A DNA stretch of 64,000 bases from SAR324 cluster bacterium (GTDB lineage Bacteria > SAR324 > NAC60-12), in NCBI GenBank assembly GCA_015231885.1, contig JADGAT010000012.1, forward strand, positions 5,890 to 69,889. Direction: 5' to 3'. Shown here one piece after another: positions 9,621-18,900 of the stretch. Below the pieces are notes generated by a model. That model did no database searches, was not told where the DNA came from, and saw only the letters and a program-made list of their open reading frames with translations. How positions within the stretch are numbered: position 1 is the first letter of the stretch; each line of letters begins with the position of its first letter. Position numbers and translations under genes: made by a program.

Positions 9621-9666
9621 CCATTTAAACTAAAAATTTTTTCGCCTCATCCGCTGATTAAACGCT

Positions 9667-11292
9667 ATGGAAATTATTAAATTACTCAGAAGATTCTCAC
9701 CGAAAATGGTGAATCATATTGTAGCCATGATTGTTTTTTCAGGTGTAGTTAATTCTGCTATCCTGGCCATTATCTGTGCGGTCGCTATTTCTCCAGAGAA
9801 AAATAGTTTTCGCTTTTTCATGCTATACCTGGCTACGCTTTCAATCTTTCTCTTCTCAAAACGATATAGTTTGATCAAATCCTCAATCCTTGCAGAAACA
9901 GCAGTGGGCCAGGTCCGTTTGAGAATCATTGATAAAATACGCCATGCCGATTTGAGATTGCTGGAGCAGATCGGGCGTTCCTCCATCCATTCACGTTTAA
10001 CAACAGACACAACCGAAATTTCGATGGGATTTAGCGGGATGATTCATTCCGCTCAAGCGATGGTGATGGTTGTGTTTGCAGTTATGTTCTTGGCTTTTAT
10101 TTCACTCCCCATATTTTTGATGACAATCACAGTTTTTGGAATTTGTGGGGTGATTTATTTCCTCAATGAAGAAAAGGCAGAAATATTGATTCGGGATTCC
10201 TCCCGGAAAGAAACTGAACTCTTCAGTCTTGTTGATCACGTCATTGATGGCTTTCAAGAACTTCGAATCAATAAAACAAAAAATGATTCTCTGTTTGATC
10301 AATATCTCCGCCCTTTGGCAGATACAACAACAAATGTGAAATTGAAATTTTTCTATCTTCTGAACAACGGACTTATTTTCTCCATCTCCTTTGTCCATAT
10401 TTTAATCATCTCAACGATTTTTATTCTGCCTCGATTTATTACAATCACCGAGATTACGATAATACAGGCGATTGCGATTATTCTCTACATTGTTGGGCCA
10501 TTTAATCATGTTTTAGGAAGTATTTCGATTTTTTCCCGAACTGCAATCGCTATTGAAAATCTTTATAAATTTGAAGAAGATTTGGAAGTTCCGGATCACA
10601 ATTATGATGCTCCTGGCAGCAGTGAACTGGCCAATATAGTTGAATTCAAACAGATAGAATTGATTGATTTTGAGTTTCATTACGCAGATCCGAATGGAAC
10701 TCCGGCTTTTGGCATAGGACCCTGTGATCTCAAAATCAAAGCCAATGAGACATTATTTATCGTTGGTGGCAATGGAAGCGGTAAATCGACTTTTCTTAAA
10801 TTGCTGACAGGCTTGTATTATCACGAAAATGGAAACCTCAAACTGGATGATATTTCAGTTAATCTTTCCAATTATCAGGACTATCGAAACCTGTTTTCGA
10901 TTGTTTTCACTGATTTTCATTTATTTGATCGGTTGTACGGATCTGAAGAAGCAGAGGAAAGTGTTGTCAATGAGTTATTGCATCAGATGGAAATCGAGCA
11001 CAAAACAAAATTTGTTGATGGTAGGTTTTCCAATATCAATTTGTCTACCGGTCAAAAAAAGCGATTGGCTTTAGTAGCGGCTATCTTGGACGAAAAACCA
11101 ATTTATGTGTTTGATGAAGTCGCAGCAGATCAAGACCCTCAATTCCGCCAATATTTCTATGAAACTATTTTGCCTGATTTGAAAAAAAAGGGAAAAACTA
11201 TCATAGCGGCTACCCACGATGACAAATACTTCCATACTGCTGACCGCATTCTGAAAATGGAATATGGGCAATTTATCCCGTATGAGCCCTGA
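9667..11292 (+). CDS. ABC transporter with fused permease and ATPase (SyrD-like cyclic-peptide exporter family)
   Basis: 541 aa. The N-terminal ~300 aa has 6 TM helices. Walker A GGNGSGKST. ABC signature LSTGQKKRLAL. Walker B VFDEVAADQD. The architecture matches the ~550-aa SyrD/cyclic-peptide-transporter family. Confidence 0.85.
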   Translation: MEIIKLLRRFSPKMVNHIVAMIVFSGVVNSAILAIICAVAISPEKNSFRFFMLYLATLSIFLFSKRYSLIKSSILAETAVGQVRLRIIDKIRHADLRLLEQIGRSSIHSRLTTDTTEISMGFSGMIHSAQAMVMVVFAVMFLAFISLPIFLMTITVFGICGVIYFLNEEKAEILIRDSSRKETELFSLVDHVIDGFQELRINKTKNDSLFDQYLRPLADTTTNVKLKFFYLLNNGLIFSISFVHILIISTIFILPRFITITEITIIQAIAIILYIVGPFNHVLGSISIFSRTAIAIENLYKFEEDLEVPDHNYDAPGSSELANIVEFKQIELIDFEFHYADPNGTPAFGIGPCDLKIKANETLFIVGGNGSGKSTFLKLLTGLYYHENGNLKLDDISVNLSNYQDYRNLFSIVFTDFHLFDRLYGSEEAEESVVNELLHQMEIEHKTKFVDGRFSNINLSTGQKKRLALVAAILDEKPIYVFDEVAADQDPQFRQYFYETILPDLKKKGKTIIAATHDDKYFHTADRILKMEYGQFIPYEP

Positions 11293-11340
11293 CTAGGAGA
11301 TTCCTGCAGTCATGAAGCGAACCAATCTCTTTTGAGGGAA

Positions 11341-11757
11341 CTAAGATTGTCCCTTATTTTGTTTTACTGCACCTGCATTTGAACTTTGATGTTGCACGAT
11401 GCCAACCAGGCCGGCAATGGTAGGAGCATGAAATAAATCGCGCAAAGCAAGCTTTAGATTCATTTCATTTTGGATCTTTGACACGAGCTGAGTCGTTTTC
11501 ACACTATGGCCACCACTTTCAAAGAAGTTGTAATCTGTTCCCGCCCGCCTGATCCCCAATATTTCCCCCCAAATCCAAGCCAGTTTTTTCTCTATGGGGG
11601 TTCGAGGCATCCGATATTGTGCGCCTGCTCCTTTTTCTTCTCGGGAAGGGAGAGGAAGTGCTTTTCGATTTACTTTCCCGGCGTGGGTTAGGGGGAGTTC
11701 ATCGAGTTTAATTCCCTGATCGCTCAAGTGAGAGAAACCAAAGGAATGTGTTTTTGA
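11341..11757 (-). pseudogene. Degenerate NRPS fragment: the last ~30 aa of an A domain (A10) plus a PCP. This is a module remnant with no upstream A-domain body.
   Basis: The minus-frame translation is open from 11757 and reads ...SDQGIKLDELPLTHAGKVNRKALP (A10 LPxTxxGKxDRKAL) then ...FFESGGHSVKTTQLVSKI (PCP core). A stop lies immediately upstream. The TTG at 11727 is the only candidate start. Confidence 0.7.
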
Positions 11758-11936
11758 TTATCGAAAAAACTTTGAGTGATTCGTTAACTATATCAGATAA
11801 TTGAAGTTACCTGAGATGAAATATTCGAGGCCGTTGGTGGTGAAAGAACTTCAGAGTGGAAACAAAAATGAATCAAAGGAAAAAGTCGAGGAAGGATGAG
11901 CAATAGTTTTCTTAAATAGAGAAGAAAGCCCGCAGG

Positions 11937-12794
11937 CTAAAGATAATAACTCTCGAAACACCGTTCTAAGCATTCTACTTCTGTCTTACGGCAACTTACC
12001 TTGGCGTGCTCCAAAATCAGTTCAATATATTTGTCGGTATCGGTTTGCCCTAATTTACTCTGTACCGCCATTGTCAGTTCGTCTTGAGAAAAAATCTGAT
12101 CTTCCAAGGTGGCTATCTTTCTAATGATTACTTTTATATCAATTTCTTTGAGATCATCTATGCTGCCCAATGAAGTGTTCAAATCATCAAGAGAATCTTC
12201 CGTTAGCATGTAGCGTCCCAGTGAAGTATACCCGCGACATTTTGCCAATTCGATAGGGCAGTTTTGAACACATATTACGAAACTTCCCAGTTCGCGATGC
12301 CCGTGTTTTAATTTGAAGTTTCGAGTTGTTCGGATGGCACGGTTAATCTGTTTGGCAAGCCTCATTAACTCAAGAGTATATTCTTTGCGGCATGAACGTA
12401 GTCTCAGATGAATCGATTTAGTTGTTCCGTAACACTCCAGTCTTTCTAGAGTAATGTCTCTAAACTTTGATTCCACATTTTCGTGATCAGCCAAACCTTC
12501 GTCAATAAACCGTTTCGGAGGCTCTCTTTTCAATTTTGTTCTAGGATATGAACAATTATTTAGGCATTTGAAGGATTGGTCAAACGAAGAATATTTTGAA
12601 CAGTCGTTGAGGCAGCTGAAATATTCTTCCAGAGAGTCCTGGTAATTTGATTCAGGCAAAACGGAAGCGGAAGGATCTGTTTTTGGTGGGGGATTCTCTT
12701 GTTCCGCAAAGAGCAATCCGGGAAATAGAAAGATGGATAAAAATCCAAACAGCCGGAAATTGACAAGTCTCTTATGAATGTGACTTTCCACTTT
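11937..12794 (-). CDS. Secreted cysteine-rich protein (hypothetical)
   Basis: Probable start at the internal Met (MKVESHIHKRLVNFRLFGFLSIFLFPGLLFA / EQ signal peptide). Twin Cx3C pair CLNDC-x12-CLNNC plus five further Cys near the C-terminus (CVQNC, C-x6-C-x3-C). Confidence 0.5.
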   Translation of the reverse strand, partial: KVESHIHKRLVNFRLFGFLSIFLFPGLLFAEQENPPPKTDPSASVLPESNYQDSLEEYFSCLNDCSKYSSFDQSFKCLNNCSYPRTKLKREPPKRFIDEGLADHENVESKFRDITLERLECYGTTKSIHLRLRSCRKEYTLELMRLAKQINRAIRTTRNFKLKHGHRELGSFVICVQNCPIELAKCRGYTSLGRYMLTEDSLDDLNTSLGSIDDLKEIDIKVIIRKIATLEDQIFSQDELTMAVQSKLGQTDTDKYIELILEHAKVSCRKTEVECLERCFESYYL

Positions 12795-12915
12795 CATTCT
12801 TAACATTCCGGCTAGAAATATTTCCCTGCACCAAGAGCCAATAAATCTCTTATTTATGTATGTTTTTTTAATAAAGCACATTCTCGTTTACGACAGACTT
12901 CAGAAATCTCATGTT

Positions 12916-13980
12916 TTAAAAAGTTTCTGCAGGATGGTGGGTTTGGTCTGGAGAAGATTGGACTGCCGAAGCGGCTTCGTCAGTAATCTCTGCTGAAATC
13001 CCCTCGGAACTTCCCGGTGTTTTCTGAGATGCCTCAAGCGGCATTTGTCCTGCTTGTTGTTCTCCTGGCAGAGAAAGTGCTTTTTCGGCTGGTGCTGCCG
13101 AGCCTCCCGCCGTTTTGTCAGTTTCTGTATTCAAAATTATGGGAAGTCCATCTTTCCCTCCCCCGATGACAATTATTTTTGTGTTAGGAGATTCAGCCAG
13201 CTTCAAAGTGGCTTGAATGCCCCTCCATTGCAAATATTCCGGTTTCAAACTTGGAGAAATTGTTTTTTGAAAACGCTCCCTTCCCCGGGCCTCAATCAAT
13301 TTTCGTTTGGCTTCCTGCGCTTCTCTCTGCAGTCTGAATTCGTATTCCAAGAACAATTGCTCATGTTTTAATTTACTTTCAATTGCCTCATTAATGAGAT
13401 CGGGTAACATCAGGGTACGGATTATTATATCCTCAAACAGGATAGGATGGGCGCCGTTCTTTTCAATCGCTTCAATCAGCATTTCATCCTGAATTTGTTC
13501 TCTATGTGAAGTATAAAGTTCTTCTGGACGGTACTTGCCGATGACCTCGCGCACAGAAGCAATGGTCACCGGCTGAATTGCTTTTTTCAGGTATTCGGGC
13601 CCAATGCTTTTATGGAGTTTCCCAAGTTTTTCATATATGGGTCGGTAACGGACAGAAACGGTTAAAGAGATAGTCAAGCCATTCTGGCTAAGTACTTTCA
13701 CTTCCTGTTTGACTTCCTGAAGCCTGGCATCGTAAACTGTCATATAGTCCCAGGGAAAAACCAGCTGAAGTCCTTCCCCATAAACCCGATCAGTGATTGT
13801 CCCTCCGAATAATCGCCGATACAACACGCCTCCATGCCCTGCGGGAACTGTTACCACGATACGATCGAGAAAGAACAAGAACAATAAAAAAGCAAAACTC
13901 AGAACAATAAACAAAACGATGGGAAAATTATCCTGAACACGATTCCAGGGCGTGTAGTTTACATTTGATGTCTGCGCCAT
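12916..13980 (-). CDS. SPFH/Band-7 (prohibitin/HflKC-like) membrane protein
   Basis: N-terminal TM (FPIVLFIVLSFAFLLFLFFL). SPFH core (GHGGVLYRRLFGG...QNGLTISLTVSVRYR...) followed by a coiled-coil EAQEAKRKLIEARGRE and an Ala/Gly/Ser-rich tail. Confidence 0.8.
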   Translation of the reverse strand: MAQTSNVNYTPWNRVQDNFPIVLFIVLSFAFLLFLFFLDRIVVTVPAGHGGVLYRRLFGGTITDRVYGEGLQLVFPWDYMTVYDARLQEVKQEVKVLSQNGLTISLTVSVRYRPIYEKLGKLHKSIGPEYLKKAIQPVTIASVREVIGKYRPEELYTSHREQIQDEMLIEAIEKNGAHPILFEDIIIRTLMLPDLINEAIESKLKHEQLFLEYEFRLQREAQEAKRKLIEARGRERFQKTISPSLKPEYLQWRGIQATLKLAESPNTKIIVIGGGKDGLPIILNTETDKTAGGSAAPAEKALSLPGEQQAGQMPLEASQKTPGSSEGISAEITDEAASAVQSSPDQTHHPAETF

Positions 13981-14153
13981 AGGAGTCTTAATATAGGAAT
14001 ATCGATCGGCCTCTTGGCCGGACCGGGTTTTTTAAATGAAAATGGGAGCAAGTAGACAAACAGATGAAATGATGTTATATCCCACGCATTAAATTGAAGT
14101 CTCTTTTGGGAATATTACAATTCCTGAAATAATAGGATAAACCCACAAAAAGT

Positions 14154-14891
14154 TTGGCAAAGAATAACATGATTGTTAGTTTTGTGCAAACCAAAGGAGG
14201 AACTGGAAAAAGCACCTTGTCCCTCAATTTAGCTTTTTCAAAAGTGATCCAAAAGAACTTCGAATCCGTTGCTCTGATTGAGTTTGATCCTCAGGGAACT
14301 TTGAGAGATTGGTGGTCGGAGCGGGAAGAAAATCAACGAAAATCCACCAATATTTCATTTCATCACATTTCGAGTACACAGAAAGCGGTCGTCCAGGATG
14401 GAATCAAATCGATTGCTCAGCACAATGAACTGCTCATCCTGGACACTCCTGGTGAAAGCACAGGAAAACTCCACACCAAACTGGCTTGTGCTATTTCCGA
14501 CTTGGTGGTGATTCCCACCCGAAGCTCCACCAATGAAGAAATGGCCCTTGCCAATAAACTTTTGCCGATTTTGAAAGAAATCACTAGGTTAAATAATCAT
14601 AAGAAAGGGACTTTTCAAGTCTTACCCGCTTTTGTCAATACTCGATCCAAAAAAGAGAAAATCCAAAAATATTTTGAAGAAATCCTTCCTTCCTACATTG
14701 GATGTTTTCCCAATGTTTACCCTTTACGCTCCATTTATGAGAATTTCAATCGAGAAGGCATGACCTTACTGGAGTATGCAAAAATGGTTAAAAACAATCA
14801 ACGGCTTTATCGGCAGACCCTCAAATCCATCGACGATATTGAGCAGATCGCCAGTTCGATTTTGCGGTTTCTAATAACCAGGAAGTCCTAA
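14154..14891 (+). CDS. ParA/MinD-family P-loop ATPase
   Basis: Deviant Walker A KGGTGKST near the N-terminus (MIVSFVQTKGGTGKSTLSLNLA). 245 aa. ParA-like fold motifs (LILDTPGE). Confidence 0.8.
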   Translation: MAKNNMIVSFVQTKGGTGKSTLSLNLAFSKVIQKNFESVALIEFDPQGTLRDWWSEREENQRKSTNISFHHISSTQKAVVQDGIKSIAQHNELLILDTPGESTGKLHTKLACAISDLVVIPTRSSTNEEMALANKLLPILKEITRLNNHKKGTFQVLPAFVNTRSKKEKIQKYFEEILPSYIGCFPNVYPLRSIYENFNREGMTLLEYAKMVKNNQRLYRQTLKSIDDIEQIASSILRFLITRKS

Positions 14892-14911
14892 CCTCCGTTC
14901 AACAAGATCTG

Positions 14912-15736
14912 ATGTCGTTACCAAAAAAACGTAAAAAACTGGATGTATCCTCTGATGATAATGTTTCTCCCAGCCAAAAAAATAAGCCGGTTGCCGGGAA
15001 TAGGAATTCTAAAAAACCTGCAGATGAGCCTCCGGCCTCCTCATCTTTGAAATCCTCGCAGAAGCCATCTGTTAAAAGGAAAAGTAAGAACCAAGCTTCT
15101 TCACCTAAAACAGCAGCAACCGAAACTGAACTCTCTCAAGGTTTCAAACTGGCTGACAATCTGGAGGAGTCTTCGTTTGCTTCCGATGAGGCAGCAAACG
15201 AACTCGATCTGTCAGTCCCGGTCATTTCCGAAAAGTCATTGGAAAAACCCGCTTTCCCAAAAGATCAAAACGAGCAATCTTTGAAAGCCTCCCTGATCAC
15301 TGAAAAGTACGTGATCTTGGCAGTGGGAGCAGGATTGATCCCGGCTCCTTTTCTCGATATTGTACTGGCTTCTGGCATTCAGGTTAAACTGGTTGGGAAA
15401 TTGGCAAAACTCTATGAAAAGGACTTTTCACCTGCTCGGGCAAAATACATAATCACGGCACTAGGTGGAAACTATGCGGTGGGCGCTTCTTCTCTTTGGG
15501 GGGTCGCAAGCCTTGCTAAAATATTTCCTTTTATAGGAACTATTTTTGGAACAGCAACGATGCCTGCGGCGTTAGGAGCCTTTACCTATGCAGTTGGTGG
15601 GGTATTTTCTCGTTACTTTGAATTGGGAGGGACTTTGTCCGATTTTGATTCTTCCAAAAATCGAGCCTATTTTGAAAAGCAACTCCGGGATGGACAGCTG
15701 AGAGTCAACTCTGGTATTTCTCAAACCGGGAAATGA
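14912..15736 (+). CDS. Protein with a Lys/Ser/Pro-rich disordered N-terminus and a C-terminal DUF697/EcsC-like glycine-rich domain (paralog 3)
   Basis: Begins 21 nt after the ParA-like stop. The N-terminal 130 aa is basic then acidic and low-complexity (KKRKKLDVSSDD...KRKSKNQASSPK). The C-terminal domain ILAVGAGLIPAPFLDIVLASGIQVKLVGKLAKLY...GGTLSDFDSSKNRAYF is paralogous to 437-958, 1282-1773 and 35115-35870. Confidence 0.7.
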   Translation: MSLPKKRKKLDVSSDDNVSPSQKNKPVAGNRNSKKPADEPPASSSLKSSQKPSVKRKSKNQASSPKTAATETELSQGFKLADNLEESSFASDEAANELDLSVPVISEKSLEKPAFPKDQNEQSLKASLITEKYVILAVGAGLIPAPFLDIVLASGIQVKLVGKLAKLYEKDFSPARAKYIITALGGNYAVGASSLWGVASLAKIFPFIGTIFGTATMPAALGAFTYAVGGVFSRYFELGGTLSDFDSSKNRAYFEKQLRDGQLRVNSGISQTGK

Positions 15737-15954
15737 TGCGAAAGGCGATAATTATTATCAATCTCTTCTCTTTTTTGAAACTTGTTTTAATTGAATTTGC
15801 CTCCCTTTTTCAGCACCAGTAATTTTTCCTCTTCAAAATTCTATTTCACTCCTGAGAATTTTTTAAAAACAGAGGCAAAACAAGAATCTGTCCGTATAAG
15901 TAAGTGTAGGCGAATGAGGGTAGTCCCGCAGATTCCATATCAAAATCCGGAAAA

Positions 15955-18900
15955 ATGAATAAAAATCTCGAGCACAAGTATCTTGAAGCACTCAAAAAAT
16001 CATCAGGAAAAATCAAAGAACTACTGGCTGAAATTGACACGTTAAAGCAAAGAGATTCTGTTGCTATCATTGGAATGGGGTGCCGTTTTGCAGGAGGAGC
16101 AGACAGTCCGGAAAGATTTTGGGATTTACTGAAAGAAGGAAGAGATACGATTGTTGAAGTTCCCCCGGACCGTTGGAATATTGACGAGTATTTTGATTCG
16201 AATATAGACGCTCCTGGAAAAATGTATTCCCGATATGGAGGATTTCTGGATGAAGTGGATAAGTTCGATTGTTCCTTTTTTGGAATTTCGCCTCGAGAAG
16301 CAGAATCCCTGGACCCTCAACACCGTCTTTTGCTGGAAGTTAGCTGGGAGGCACTTGAAAATGCTGGTCAAAGTGTTGAAGCCCTGAAAGAAAGTGCCAC
16401 AGGAGTTTACATCGGGATTTTCAGTTATGAATACGGAAGGGTCCGTTTGGTTGGAGGAGAAGAGCAGAAGATTGATGCCTATTCCGTCACGGGGGTATCC
16501 CACAGCATGGCTGCAGGAAGGATTTCCTATTTATTTGGATTTCAAGGGCCGAACATCGCTATAGACACTTCCTGTTCTTCGTCTTTGACCGGTTTGCATT
16601 TGGCTGTGGCCAGCTTACAAAGCAGGGAATCCGACCTCGCTCTGGCAGGCGGGGTTAATTTTATGATCTCGCCCGAGTGCCAAATTGGATTTTCAAAGCT
16701 CAATGCACTTTCCCCAGATGGGCACTGTAAAACTTTTGATGCTGCAGCTAACGGAATTGGGAGAGGTGAAGGATGCGGGATGGTTGTATTGAAACGTCTC
16801 TCGGATGCTATTTCAGATGGAGATTCGATTTTAGCCGTTATCAAGGGTAGTGCGATCAATCAGGATGGTTCCAGCAATGGATTGACAGCCCCTAACGGTA
16901 TTGCCCAACAGAAAGTAATTACTCAGGCACTGAAAAATGCACAACTTTCACCGGAAGACGTGAGCTATATTGAAGCTCATGGAACCGGCACTCCTCTGGG
17001 AGATCCTATCGAAATTCACTCTTTGGCAAAAGTCTTCAAAAATCAGGAACTGCTTGTGGGTTCCGTAAAAACAAATCTGGGACACCTGGAAAGTGCATCA
17101 GGTATCGCTGGCCTGATCAAAGTTCTTCTGTCAATCCAGCACGAGCAAATTCCTCCTCATCTTCATTTTCAAACTCCCAATCCTCATATCAATTGGAATG
17201 AATCGGCATTCAAAATTCCCACAGAAAACACCCCCTGGCCCAAAACTGCACGACCACGCATTGCTGGTATCAGTGCTTTCGGGTTGAGTGGAACCAATGC
17301 CCATGTCTTGGTCGGAGAACCCCCTGCTAACGATGATAGCTCAGAGGCTGAGCGTGATACTGGCGCTCAGGACCGTCCAGTTCACATTTTGAATCTTTCA
17401 GCAAAAAATAACGAAGCCCTTCACGAACTGGCTCATAAATACATAAAATATTTTGAGCAATTCGATTCAGATTCCGAAAGCGTAGCTGGAAATATCTGCT
17501 TTACTGCCAATGCGGGACGATCTCATTTTAAGCACCGAATTTCTCTGATTGGAGAATCCGTTCAGAAAATCGGAGAAAAATTATCGGATTATCTAAAAGG
17601 AATTCCACCAAAAGATTTTTTTCAAAGCAACGAGACTGAAAAACCCAGACTTCAAATTGTTTTTTTGTTCACGGGGCAGGGGTCACAATATAAAGGGATG
17701 GGGCTGGAGTTGTACAAAAGCCAACCGGTCTTTAAAAAGATACTCGATCAATGTGATCAACTGTTTACACCTCATCTGAATAGGTCGATCATAGATTTGA
17801 TGTATGCAGAAGAGACTCCGGAAGACCTGCTCGAGCAGACACGATATACCCAGGCAGTCATTTTTTCTATTGAATATGCTTTGGCCCGTTTATGGGAACA
17901 TTGGGGAATCAGAGCTGCTGCAGTGATGGGGCACAGTGTAGGAGAGTATGTTGCTGCCAGCATTGCCGGTGTGTTAAGCCTTGAAGACGCAGTCAAGCTC
18001 GTGGCAGCCAGAGGGAAGCTGATGCAGGCTCTGCCTGAAGGCATCATGGCTGCTGTTTTTGTAGAGGAAAGCATTGCTTTGGATGTGATAGCAGAGTTTG
18101 AAGAAAAAGTTTCTATTGCAGCAGTCAATTCTTCTAAAAACGTGGTGCTTTCTGGAGAAGAAGAAGCCGTGCTGCAGGTTCTGAAAAGATTTGACGAAAA
18201 AGGAATTGCTTCCCGCCATCGACTACTGAAAGTTTCACATGCGTTCCATTCGCCGATGATGGACCCGGTTCTGAACGAATTTAAAACCATTGCTTCAACG
18301 ATCCATTATTCAAAACCTAGACTTCCCCTGATATCCAATCTCACTGGAGAACCAGTCCGGATTTCGACAAATTCTTCTTCGGATGAATGGCCGGAGTACT
18401 GGACTCGCCATATTCGGGAAACCGTTCGTTTTTATGACTCGATCCAGTACTTGGAACAGAAAGATTATCAGATCTTTTTAGAAATTGGAGCAAGTCCCGT
18501 ACTTTCAGGTCTTGGAAGGCAAAGTGTTTCCCAAAATCACTTACTTTGGCTCCCCTCTCTTCGGCAGGGGCAAAGTGATTGGAATCAAATTTTAAGGTCA
18601 TTGGCTCAGTTGTATGTAAATGGGGCTAAAATTGACTGGGAGAGATTTGACAAACCTTATAGCCGGAAAAAACTAGCCCTGCCGACCTATCCGTTTCAAC
18701 GAAAACGCTACTGGGTCGCTCCTCCTCATCTTCACCGAAGTGGCGAAAAAAGTAGAGAAACTCTTGAATTTTCTCCCAATACACCCCAACCGACTGGAGA
18801 GGCAAAGTCGGTTCTGGAAAAGATGATGATCCAGCAGCACGAGACCATGAAAAAGCAGTTGGAGATTATGAGCATGCAGCTCAAAACTGCCAAAGCGCAA

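Noticed and set aside
14007-14033. GGCC-tctt-GGCC hairpin plus T-run, resembling an intrinsic terminator on the + strand
   Set aside because: No plus-strand gene ends upstream of it. It sits just inside the 5' region of the minus-strand Band-7 gene, upstream of the ParA-like gene. The stem is short (4-5 bp) and the U-tract is 7 nt away. It is probably fortuitous.
16126-16859. Minus-strand ORFs (16126-16503, 16542-16859, and many similar ones across 17.7-31.5 kb, 36-51 kb and 57-61 kb) inside the megasynthase genes
   Set aside because: They lie antisense within long coding sequences that have unmistakable KS/AT/C/A/E motifs. Their translations are low-complexity or repetitive with no recognisable domains. 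They are typical shadow ORFs.
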